Assembly (NCBI RefSeq): GCF_009914755.1
Contig: NC_060929.1
DNA: 64,000 bases
Origin: the human T2T-CHM13v2.0 reference genome, Homo sapiens
Direction: 5' to 3' (one strand)
Shown: positions 1 through 13,805 of the stretch, in pieces
How positions within the stretch are numbered: position 1 is the stretch's first letter
How the letters are laid out: every line of letters begins with the position of its first letter
Notes under the pieces: model-generated
What the model was told of the DNA's origin: nothing
The model's input: only the letters and a program-made list of their open reading frames with translations
Database searches by the model: none
Program-made: the position numbers and the translations under genes

Positions 1-209
1 ATTTACACATAGAATGCATTTTTAAACTAGCTTGGTGTAAGATACCAATTGAAGTTCACCACTTTACCTCCGAAGAGCCAGTTGTTCAGTGTTCTGCTGA
101 GTTGCTTTTGCACCTTTGTTGAAAAGTCAGTTGTATGTATGTGTGTGGGTTTATTTCTGGGCTCCCTGTTTTATGATCTGTTAATCCATTTTGATGCTAA
201 TACCACACT

Positions 210-572
210 TGCTGTGGACTGAATTGTTTACCCCCAAATTCATAGGTTAAAGCCATAACCCCCGCAAGGTGACTTTATCTGGAGATAGGGACTTTAGGAG
301 GTGATTAGGTTAAATTAAATTGTAAGGGTGGGGTCATAACCCAGGAGGACTGTGGCCTTATAAGAAGAGGAAGCTCTCTCCATTTTACTTTCTGCCATGT
401 GAAGATAGAGTAAGAAGGCGGCCATCTGCAAGCCAGGAAGAGAGGCCTCACCAGGAACTGAATCAGCTGCCTTGATGTTGGATTTCCAGTCTCCAGAACT
501 GTGAGAAACAAATGTCTGCTGTTAAGCCCCCAAATCTGGTGTATTTTGTTGTGGCAGCCTGAGGAGATTAAA
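210..572 (+). mobile_element. MaLR solo LTR (MLT1/MST-like)
   Basis: Typical start (TGTGGACTGAATTGT..CCCCCAAATTCATA), middle (GCCATCTGCAAGCCAGGAAGAGAGGCCTCACCAG) and end (GTATTTTGTTGTGGCAGCC). Confidence 0.8.
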
Positions 573-1980
573 ATGGCACTATCTTCATTATGGTCCTTTT
601 GTAATACATTTTTAAATCAGGTAATGTAAGTCAGACAACTTTGTTCATTTTCAAAGTTGTTTTGCATATTCTCGGTCCTGTGCTTTTTCATATGAATTTT
701 GGAATCAACTTTTCAATTTCTTCCAAAGTCCCGCATGGGATTTCTTCGGGTGGAGGCTGCCATCAATTTTTCATCATTATTCCTTTCTGAGGCAGGCTTC
801 ATGTCTAGATTTTCTTCTAAGTTCTGATTTAGCCAAATTCCAAAAGGTTTGATATGTTGTTTTGTTTTCATTCAGTTCAAAATATTTTCTGATTTCCCTT
901 TTGATGTCCTCTTTGACCCATTGTTATTTAGATATGTGATTAGTTTCCAAATATTAGAAGATTGTCTGGATATGCTTCTTTATTTTTTGCCAAATGTATT
1001 TTTCATTTTGGTATCAAATTTATTTGCCTCTTTGTTGGAGAACTTGCTTTACATGACCTGAATCCCTAAAGGGAATTTTATGGTCTGGACTGTGGTCGAT
1101 CTTGGTAAGCTTTTCACATGCATTTGAAAAGAATGTGCACTCTGCTATTATTGGATGAATTATTGTATAAATATCAAATAGGTCATGTTAGTTAGTACTG
1201 TTTTTGAAGTCTTCTGTATCCTTAAAAGTTTCTGTGTATCTGTTCTATCAACTATTGGGAAAGAGGTATTGAAATCTCCAAGTATAATTGTGTGAACTGC
1301 TCTATGTCTCCTTGCAGTTCTATCAGTTTTTGCCGAATTCATTATGAAGCTATGTTATTAGGTACATAAACATTTGTCCTTTTGGTGAACTGATGCTATC
1401 ATAAAATGACATTGTTTAGACATGATCTGTTTTGAGGATTCCTATGGCTTGCATATTAGGTGGCTTGAAGTCCCACAGTTCTCTGATGCTTGGTTCATTT
1501 TTTTGTCTTTTTTCTTTATTTCATTTTGAACAGTTTGCACTGCCATCTATGTCTTCAAGTTCATGTATCCTTTTCTTCTGAGATGTTGAATCCACCCCTC
1601 CTCTCAACCAGTGCATTTTGCCTCTGAGACATTGTGGTTTTCATCTCTAGAATTTGGATTCGTGTCTTTTAAAAAATATCTGTCATGTCTCTATTAAACA
1701 TATTCAGTCTCGCCTTTGGCTAGCTCTTGGAATGAGGTAACAGTTATGATTGTCAATGCCTCTCTAATTCTATCATTTGAGTCATCTCTGGGTCTGTTTC
1801 TATTGACTGTAGGTCACATTTTCCCACCTTTTTGCATTGTGCTAATTTCCAGTGGATGCCCAGCATTGTGAATTTAACCCTGTTGGTTTGTGGATAACAC
1901 TGTACTAATGTGAATATTCTGGAAGTTTGTCTTTGGCCACTGGTAAGGTCCCTGTTGTAGTTTGGTCATTCTTTCAGGTT
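573..1980 (-). mobile_element. Old L1 fragments including an ORF2 endonuclease remnant
   Basis: T-rich plus strand; ORF 1160..1342 contains IILGDFNTSFPIVDRT, resembling the L1 endonuclease motif GDFNTPLS.LDR. Boundaries approximate. Confidence 0.75.
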
Positions 1981-2082
1981 TTGCTTTTAAGCTCTGCCCA
2001 GGAGGACCAGAGCAGTGCTTTGCTCAGGGCTGATGCTTCTTCCCTGCTGGGGCAAAGCCCATCTTAGTTTCCTGCCTAATGA

Positions 2083-2466
<384 letters not shown>

Positions 2467-3106
2467 CCCATTCACTTTTCTTACATTTAAGGGAGTTAAT
2501 CTGCACCTAGCCAGCCCTTGACAGTGTCACATGACAGACAGTGGCCTCCTCATCAGTATTGCTGTTTCTGTTGTCCTTCCTCAGCAAATGTTTTCCAGTT
2601 ACTCTTGTAGCTTCTCGGCCAAGTAGCTCAGTTCTGCCCTGGGGAATATGGGCAGAATTCATGACATTTAGCTTCATTTAGATGAGAGAACATACTCTGT
2701 GTGATTTAAACATCTTGAAATTTATCTGTGGTCAAGCACATGGTCTATTTTGTCAACTGCTTCATGTGCACTTGAAATGGCACATCATTTGGTGAATAGA
2801 GCTGTTTTTCTATGTAACTACATTTTTCCCTGATAGTTATATCAGTTACTAAGAGATCTATGTTAAAATCTCCAACTATGTTTGCAGATTTATTTCTCCT
2901 TTAAATCCTGTCATTGATGCTTAATATATTTAAGCTATGTGATTAGATACATGCACTTTTAAACATTGTGTCTTCCAATTGAATTGAACTTTTATCATCA
3001 TGAAATGTCTGTCTTTAACTCTGCTAATTCTCCTAGTCTCTAAAGTACACTTAGTATGACAATCTTGCCAAATAAACTTTCTTAAGCTTCTGTTTGCATG
3101 TTATAA

Positions 3107-3439
<333 letters not shown>

Positions 3440-3532
3440 CTATTCTTCTACTTTCAATCTATATTTAAACAGCATATAGTTAGGTATTTTATTTTTTATT
3501 TAGTCCAACAAATGTCATTTAGGAGTTTTTAG

Positions 3533-5100
<1,568 letters not shown>

Positions 5101-5149
5101 ATAGTCTCTGCCAGGGTATGACACAGGCAGTGGATGTCAGCCTGTCTCT

Positions 5150-6700
5150 TTCCCAGCCAACCCAGTGTTTACCTAGTAGAACCATTCACAAACTGGCACT
5201 GGAAATAGGGATGGAGATGAGTGTGGATCAATAACAAAGAGCTGACCCATCAACAATAGCCTAGGCTGATGCAGTTATCACTGGACTCCCAACATGTCGG
5301 AAGCAGGGTCCCATACTTAGCCCCAGGTACCATTCCTGGGAAAGGGACTAGCCAGCCCCCTGGAGGCAGGTTGATCACACTGGACTCTTCCATCATTGAG
5401 GGGAGTATCTCTTGGTTTCAGTTTCCCTTATTCCAGATATGGATATGTCTTTGCTGTCAGTGTTTCTGCCAGCACCATCTGTGGGCTTGATGAATGGCTT
5501 ATTCACTATTGCCCACCTCCTATGGCATTGTTAAGGAATTTACTTTACAGCAAAGGCAGCATGGGAACAGGTACACACTTGGAATCCCTACGTTTCCCAT
5601 CACCCAGAGGTGGCGAGTCTGATTAAGCATGAGGATGACTTCTTGAAGCTTTAGGTGTGCTGCCCATGGGGAGGCAGTGCCCTAGAACATTGGACTGCCA
5701 TCCTGATGGATGACATAGTGCCTCGAACTGTGGACCAAGACATGGCACCATTTCATAGCCAGAATAATGTCTGTAATGTCAATGGGTGGAATTAGGACTG
5801 GCCCTGCTCACCACCACATCCAACACTTACTGCAGGGTGGCTGGTGCTGCTGTTCAGAAGATCCTTCACCTCCTTTGAGGGGCTCCCTTGCAGGACTGTA
5901 TGTCTCTGGCTGTTGAATTCAGCTGTGACCACGTGGCTTACTGTGGCCAATGAACCAGGAGTGGGCCTGCTGTATTCTGCGTCTGTGCAGCAGATATAGC
6001 ATCTAGGCAGGCTTGCTTGTCACCTCTTCCCAAAGCCATCTGACTGGCTGAGTCCCAGGAGGGGCTGCTGTGCTGGGCTGGATGCAGATGGTGACATGGA
6101 GCAGAGCTGCAGCTGACCTGCCTGGGAGAGACGGGCGAGGACCACATCTGTTTAGCTGACCCTGACATTTTATTGGTTTACATTTGTTACCGCAGCATCA
6201 ATGATCCCAGGTGGGCTGATAAACCCATTCACATATTTTTGCTTTTCTCGTCTGTGACATTGGGCTCTTTTGCTTTCAAGGTCCTAGTTCCCAAGGCTGG
6301 AATGCTCTTACCTGGGACCTCAGTGATCCATCTGCTGCACTGAAAGTTCAGACGGTCATCAGCTATTTGGGGCTGCTCATGCCACTTAGCTAATAGTTCA
6401 AGAAAAGCATGCTGTCTTGGTGGGGATGGCTAACCCCAATGAAAGGGCTATCTTGGAGCTCAGTGGATTCTCTAGGTACTTCTCAGGGCTTTCACGACTA
6501 ATATTGTGACTAATAAAGGCAAGACGACAACTGCATCAGACACACTGGAATGAAAATTTGAGTCCTCTCACTGGGTAAAGAACCCTGACCATCCAAAGTA
6601 CTGCTTAGGGTCAAGAAAACGTGGAATGGGTAGTGGAAGAAGGAAGGTGTAGCTGCTGATCACAGCCTCACAGCTAGCCACAGCATGAGGACAGTACCGG
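5150..6700 (+). mobile_element. ERV-L internal remnants (integrase and dUTPase-like), with a probable MaLR LTR inserted at about 5830-6230
   Basis: Fragments PGTIPGKG..QPP and YSRYGYVFA..SASTICGLDEWLIH resemble ERV-L integrase (GTIP.GDQPA; YSGYGFAYP..ASAKTTIRGLTECLIH). 6260-6440 resembles the VLVP.GGML.PG...FGLL.P segment. Heavily frameshifted. Confidence 0.7.
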
Positions 6701-6725
6701 GCATGCAGGCTGTCCTCTTTGCTTG

Positions 6726-7680
6726 CTGTGTGTGTGTGAGCATGTGTGGGAGCATATAAGTGTGTGTGCATTAGTGTGAGCATGTGCATGCATGTGAATG
6801 TGTCTATGAAGACGTGCATGTGAATGTGCTCATGAGCATGTGTGTACATGTGTAAGCCTCAGCATGAGTGCATGTGAGCATGTGTGTACATGTAAGCCTC
6901 AGCATGAGTGCATGTGAGCATGTGTACATGTGTAAGCCTCAGCATGAGTGCATGTGAGCATGTGTGTACATATGTAAGCCTCAGCATGAGTGCATGTGAG
7001 CATGTGTACATGTGTAAGCCTCAGCATGAGTGCATGTGAGCCTCAGCATGAGTGCATGTGAGCATGTGTGTACATGTGTAAGCCTCAGCATGAGTGCATG
7101 TGAGCGTGTGTACATGTGTAAGCCTCAGCATGAGTGCATGTGAGCATGTGTGTACATGTGTAAGCCTCAGCATGAGTGCATGTGAGCACGTGTGTACGTG
7201 TAAGCCTCAGCATGAGTGCATGTGAGCCTCAGCATGAGTGCATGTTAGCATGTGTGTACATGCGTAAGCCTCAGCATGAGTGCATGTTAGCATGTGTGTA
7301 CATGTGTAAGCCTCAGCATGAGTGCATGTGAGCATGTGTACATGTGTAAGCCTCAGCATGAGTGCATGTGAGCATGTGTGTACATGTGTAAGCCTCAGCA
7401 TGAGTGCATGTGAGCATGTGTGTACATGTGTAAGCCTCAGCATGAGTGTATGTGAGCATGTGTACATGTGTAAGCCTCAGCATGCGTGCATGTGAGCATG
7501 TGTGTACGTGTAAGCCTCAGCATGAGTGCATGTGAGCATGTGTACATGTGTAAGCCTCAGCATGAGTGCATGTGAGCATGTGTGTACATGTGTAAGCCTC
7601 AGCATGAGTGCATGTGAGCATGTATCATTGTGTGAGCATGTGTGGATGTGAACGTGTTGTGCATATGTGTGTGTGCACGT
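6726..7680. repeat. TG-rich VNTR, unit about 40-42 bp (GTAAGCCTCAGCATGAGTGCATGTGAGCATGTGTGTACATGT)
   Basis: About 20 copies with short variants; core at about 6840-7620. Confidence 0.97.
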
Positions 7681-9246
7681 GAGCCTGGGAGCATGCAAGT
7701 CATTTGTTAATTGATTACTCCTTTTCCCACTTCTCAGCATCCCCACTATTTTACACAGGGAATATTAGTGGTGGTAGATGGTGAACTTTGAAACTTAAGT
7801 TTTTCATGTCAGAGAATGTCCAGATGGGTTTGTGGCTGTACCAGAGAAACCATTAGTGGTGAGGAAGACTCATGGGTCTCTACTGTTTCTGGGGAAGGTA
7901 AAAGCACCTGTGTTGGGTGGTGTGAGTACAGCACTGTGTTGGAAGATGTCTGAGTGTGTGACTTACTTGTGGACACAGAGCAGCTATGGGTGGGCAGTGC
8001 TGGTCCTTCACTACCCCGTTTGCCCTCAGCCCCACTTCTCACATTCCCGAGCTCTGCTTCATGGCCCAGGGGGCCTCTCCTCCCAGCCAGCTTCTGGTTA
8101 GGATCAGCATACGGCAGCAGCAGGTGCAGCTGTGTCAACTCTTGCGTGAACACCGGGGGTGGGTTTGCTTTTTCCTGAGGGTCCCACCTTCATTTCTCCT
8201 GGCTCCAATGCTGAGTGGAGAACTGAACACACAGAAGCAGAGGCATGTTCGATGACAAACACGTGTGCTGCAAACCACACGAGTTACCCTGCTGTGCACC
8301 TCCCTGGGTGCACCCGCCGGGCACGGCCACCCTGCCCACAGCCGGCACCTGGAGCCAGACGCTCCTCCTTCTCGGTCTCACACCAGCCGCATCTTAGCAG
8401 CAGCTGCCCCATCCAGTGCTGATGTGAGATGTGCAGATCTAGTTTTTGTTTTAACCCTTGCTTTACTTGAAAACTTGGACATATTCAATCAATTTCAACG
8501 GCAGTATTCATGTATTAAAAATGGCAGATGCATACAAGCATGAAGAAGTAAAAATTGCTGTTGCTTGAAATAATGTCATTTTGGTGCACATTCTCTCTCA
8601 CTGAGTGAGGTCAGACTGCACAGCTCCCTGGTAGCCCATGTCTGAGACTTACCTTCCTGAACAACGTAACGATTCATTTTTCACCCTCCCAGTATCCCCC
8701 ATAATTGTACACAGGGAAATGAGTGGTGGTGGATGGTGAACTTTGAAACTTCGTTTTTCAAAGTATTAAAAAGGAGAAACACCTGCAGATTGGCCATTTG
8801 CAGGCTTTTCTCCTTAAGTTTTTCTTCCATCCTTGACGCTGGTGGAGACACAATCTTGATTCTTCACGTGCAGTTTTGGAGAGTGTAACAGGTGAACTCG
8901 GTCTTTTACCTCTAGTTCCAAACCTTTTACTGACTCAGTAGGACTAAATGCCAGATCCATTTTTCTCTCTGCTTGACAAAACACGCTTAAGGTGCATGTG
9001 CTTAAAATTGAGAAATTACGTAAGTCAACCCACCAGGCAGGCAGCCAGCCATCCATGTTTCAACTCTGTAAGATGTCTGCTACTGTCCGCAAAATACCAG
9101 AACACTCCGGAGCGTCCCTTTGCCACCAAGACAGCTTTTTCTACAGAATTTCAATTCTTGTGTTTTCCAAACATGCTAGAACCACACCAAGAAAATCTCA
9201 TCTGGATTGGCTCTCCTCTCACAATGCCTGTTGTTGTCTTTCTAAT

Positions 9247-9302
9247 AAAGAACCACACAAAACAACATCATTCCCAAGTATAGACTTTATGTTTTATTTA
9301 TT
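9247..9302 (-). terminator. Polyadenylation signal with downstream GU-rich element
   Basis: Overlapping AATAAATAAA on the minus strand (9293-9302), followed about 25 nt later by TGATGTTGTTTTGTGTGGTTCTTT (9270-9247). Confidence 0.9.
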
Positions 9303-11494
9303 CCATTGAAAATCCCAAGTTCCTTCATGGCAACCCTCCCTCTGCCCTCACACCCCAGCAGGTCCCCGCAGGCCAGGGCCCATGCCCCACCTGCCCACGG
9401 GTCTGGCCCCCAGGCCACCAGGGGCCCGCTGCGTCCTGTCTCACACACAAGGGGTTTAACTCAACGCTATGTACATTCACAGTTCCGAATATCCGCCAAC
9501 TCTAAGTCGCCACGAAGAGAAAAGAGAATCAGGAGGAACAAACATCCATTCAAAGTCTGTTTATCAGAGATTTTTTTTTCTGAAAATGCACAGTGGCATT
9601 TCATTCAAAAAACCCTTCATCTGCAGACCTGCGGAAGGGAGGTGGCCTGGGTCCCTTCCCTCGGAATATCTTAGTTTATTTACCTCCTTCATTGGCCATT
9701 TGCAGGCTCTTCTCCTTGAAAAATGAATCTTTACGCATTCTCCAATTATAAAATCAGTGACTGTTAGCTACCAAAGGCTGCACTAGGATTTCTTCTGTGT
9801 CCAACACGCCAAGAGCCCTGAAATTGACTTCGGTTTACTCCATCCCTGTCTGTCCTGCTGGCAGTGTCCATGCTAAAAAACAAGTCGAGGTGATTGATTG
9901 AAACGGAGCTGAAGGTTGTTTTTAAATGTCTGTCAGTGGAGAAACGCGTATCACGAATCTCTGAGGAAGTTAGTAAACATTTTTTCCCGTACTTACTGGC
10001 CTTGGTGGTCACTTTCTATAGAGATGCCCCAAATATAAAAATCAATTCATTTCAGAAATCAAAAAAATTTTCCAAACAAACCCGGAGCCTTTGCTTTAGG
10101 AAGCAAACTCAAGTCTGTGATGATTATTGTGCTTGAAGGATGGGTTTCTAATTCTGTCATAAAAAATGATGAAACAAGGTGATGTCAGAGGGACTTCAGG
10201 TGACACCAAAATACCCCATCCAGGGCCTGGAAGCCCCTCTGCCTTTGACTCTAAGATGGGGCAGGACCCCCGCTCTCAGTGGGATGTGCCCGCGACCCTG
10301 GCGCTGGGAGGCAGTGCTGCAGAGAGGAGTGGTGTCCGCACGGCTGTCACCAGACATCCTCATCACCCTCCGCACCGCACAGCCCAGCGTCTCCTTCCAC
10401 AAGCAAAAGACTGCGGCTCCTCTCTCTGCAGGAAGGTCAGCCATACTCAGGTGGCTGCGTCACGCCAGTCACCATGGAAACCAGGGCTGACAGGAAGATG
10501 CAGCCGCTTCCAGCAGGGACCTGGCCTGAGGGCAAGGGAGGAGCGGCACGGCGGCGGCTGCCTTGCGCTTCCAGCTCGGGCCCTGCTCATTTGAACAATA
10601 TCCAACCTCGGACTGGAGTTTAGGCTACAGTGAAATGGATTACGTTATGCCGAAACAGAAACATCAAACTGCCAACGTTTATAAAAAAAGAGGGGACTGG
10701 AAAAGGATTAAGAAAAGCAGAAAAAGTGTTTTGGGGCTAGGCCCTTGAGTTCACACCTCCCCAGGGGACCCAGCGGAAGGAGAGGGATTACCTGCTGGAG
10801 AGAGGCCTGATGGAAATTTAAGTCAAAGCCCAAACAGCCTCAGATTCTATATTAAAAAAAAAAAGGCCTATAAATAAATATCCTTTGACTCTAAAAGGAA
10901 AAATGAAGTAGAAAAACAATTTTCATTTTTTAAAAAATGCTGCATGTTTCCTGAAGTACCTAAATGGAGTTTATAAAATACTCATGAGCTCCAGCACACA
11001 GGTAGAAACACTGAAAAATCAGGTGACGGCTCGGCTCTGCCAGGCTGTGGATCCACAGAGGCAGACAGGTTTCGTGCCAGAGTGACACGCAAGCGCACGC
11101 TGTGTGGCAGGCGTGTGCTGAGTGTGCACGGAGGCCCGCCCGGTGCACGCTGCCGCCGGAAGAGGCTGTGACAGAGACTCGAAACCAGGGCCCCGTGGGA
11201 GAACACGGGGCGGCACCGGTGCCCCCCGCCCGGCAGGGAACCTGACCCCACGGGGTCCAGGCCAGGCGGGGGATCCGCGTGCGCGCCCTCCGATTCTCGC
11301 ACAGTAAGCGTCGGTTCTGCAACACACTTCACAAAGGAACAAGATACAAACAGCCCCCGAGGCCCCTGGAACTCGGGCTGAAGACAGTGCCTGTACAGCA
11401 GGAGTGAGGAGCGGAGCCCAGAGGTCACTCGCAAAGAGGCTCATGGCGGTGATGTCCACGCGGGAGGGGCCGCGTCTCTCCGCAACCCTGGGTC
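9271..11494 (-). other. LPCAT1: LPCAT1 3'UTR (~2.2 kb)
   Basis: Sequence with no recognisable interspersed repeat between the stop codon and the poly(A) signal; cleavage site approximate. Confidence 0.88.
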
Positions 11495-11679
11495 CTAATC
11501 CAGCTTCTTGCGAACAGGCTTCCGCCCAGCGTCTGAGTTTTCCGGGCTGAAATCGGCACAGAAGCCGTTTGGGATTGGCGCAGGTGAGGTCTCTGCACAG
11601 CTTTCGAAATGTGTCTGATCCGGGTACAGGTATTCCTCTGCGAAGGCAGGGTACATTTCTGCAAACCTGTGGAAGTCAG
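11495..11679 (-). CDS. LPCAT1: LPCAT1 exon 14, coding part (ADFHRFAEMY...GRKPVRKKLD*)
   Basis: Acceptor TTTCCAG|CT; stop TAG at 11497-11495; ends in a dilysine ER-retrieval motif. Confidence 0.97.
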
Positions 11680-12369
11680 CTGGAAAGACAAAGGCACCTG
11701 TGGTTATGGAATGGGGACGAGCAAATGTCTAGGATTTGGAGGCTCTTTTCCCACGGTCCTGGTGGGTGTCCACCTCACGCCCTCCAGGGAGGGTTAGAAT
11801 CGTCTGTGAAACGGATGCTTTCAGGGTGGAGAGAAGAACTTGCGCTTACTTTCTTTGCAGCGCACGAAGTCACCCTGACAACCGGGGCAGGCTGGGTGTC
11901 CTCCTAGCTACTCCTGCTTTTGGGAAACCCTACAGAAAGCTTCTGGTTTTGAATTCGACAGATATATCCCGGGGACTTAGCACTTCTGAGGCACTGTAAC
12001 CAGAGAAGCTGGCTCAGGGACAAGACCAAGTGTCTGGACAGTGATCTGGCGCTCTGAGGGGGTGCCCTCGTCCACCCTGGGAGACCCGGTAGGCAGGGGG
12101 CCGTCCTCACAGAGCCTCGGACTGCACTTCCTGGCCGCTGTGCCTGGCTCTCATGTGAGCGCCCTCGGCTCCTACTGATGGCGCCATGGAGGCTTCTGGT
12201 GGGGCTGGAAAGATGGTGCAGGGGGCTGGTCATGCTAGGCCGCTCCAGAAACACTCAGAACCTGGGCCACCCGGCGAGAAATCCAGGGATGGTTGTTACT
12301 GGAAATTGCAGCTGGTCGGTGCCCACTACAAACATCAAAGAGCCCGAACACACCAAGGAGCATTGCACA

Positions 12370-13805
12370 CTTTCAAAATGGAAACAAGCGCACGCATGCA
12401 CACATGCAAACACACACACACGGTAACCAAACACACATGTGCGCACACACACAAAACAAGCACACACACGGTAACCACACATGCGTGCACACACACACAC
12501 ACAAAAGCGCGCACACACACGGTAAACAAACACATGCGTGCACACACACAAAGAGCACACACGGTAAACACACATGCACGCAGACACACACACACAAAAC
12601 AAGCACACACACGGTAACCAAACACACATGTGCGCGCACACACACAAAACAAGCACACACACGGTAATCACACATGCACGTACACACAAGTGTGTGCACA
12701 GACAGTAAACACATGCGTGTACACACACAAAACAAGTGCACGCACACACTAACTAAACACACATGCGTGCACACACAAAACAAGCACATGCACACACATG
12801 GTAACTACACACATGCACGCACACATACAAAACAAGCGCAGGCACACACTAACATGCACACACACAAAACAAGCGCAGGCACACTAACTAAACACACATG
12901 CGCACGCACAAGTGCACGCACACACACGGTAACACATGCGCATGCACACATGGTAACCACACACATGCACACACACACAAAACAAGCGCAGGCACACGCG
13001 GTAACTAAACATGCATGCACACACACAAAACAAGCGCACGCGCACACAGTAACTAAACACACATGCGTGCACACACACAAAACAAGCACACGCACACAGC
13101 AACTAAACACACATGCCCATGCACACACACACACGCACGGTACTAAACACATGTGCGCGCACACACAAAACAAGCGCAGGCACACAGTAAACACACATGC
13201 GCACGCACAAGTGCACGAACACACACGGTAACACACATGCGCATGCACACATGGTAACTACACACATGCACACACACACAAAACAAGCGCAGGTACACAC
13301 GGTAACTAAACATGCATGCACACACACAAAACAAGCGCATGCGCACACAGTAAACACGTGTGCACACACACAAAACAAGCACACGCACACAGCAACTAAA
13401 CACACATGCCCATGCACACACACAAGTGCACGCACACACACGCACGGTACTAAACACGTGCGCACACACACAAAACAAGCACAAGAGCACAGACACGGTA
13501 ACTAAACACGTGCGCTTTCAAAATGGAAACAAGCATGCACATGCACGCACACACACAACACACATGCACGCTTTCAATACTGAAACAAGCATGCACATGT
13601 GTACACAAACGTGTGCACACACGGTAAACACATGCACACTTTCAATACTAAAAGAAGCACGCACATGCGTGCACACACGTATGCACACGCACGGTAACAC
13701 ACGTGCACTTTCAGTACTGAAACGCACACAGGCGCAACGCACACACACGTGTGCACACACACGGTAACTAAGCACACATACATGCTTTCAATACTGAAAC
13801 CAGTG
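12370..13805. repeat. CA-rich compound VNTR in intron 13 (UG-rich in the pre-mRNA)
   Basis: Recurring ACACACAAAACAAGCACACACACGGTAACTAAACACACATGC-like units. Confidence 0.96.

Noticed and set aside
9244-9249. Plus-strand AATAAA facing the LPCAT1 3' end
   Set aside because: No supporting plus-strand exon structure; a lone hexamer in AT-rich sequence is expected by chance.
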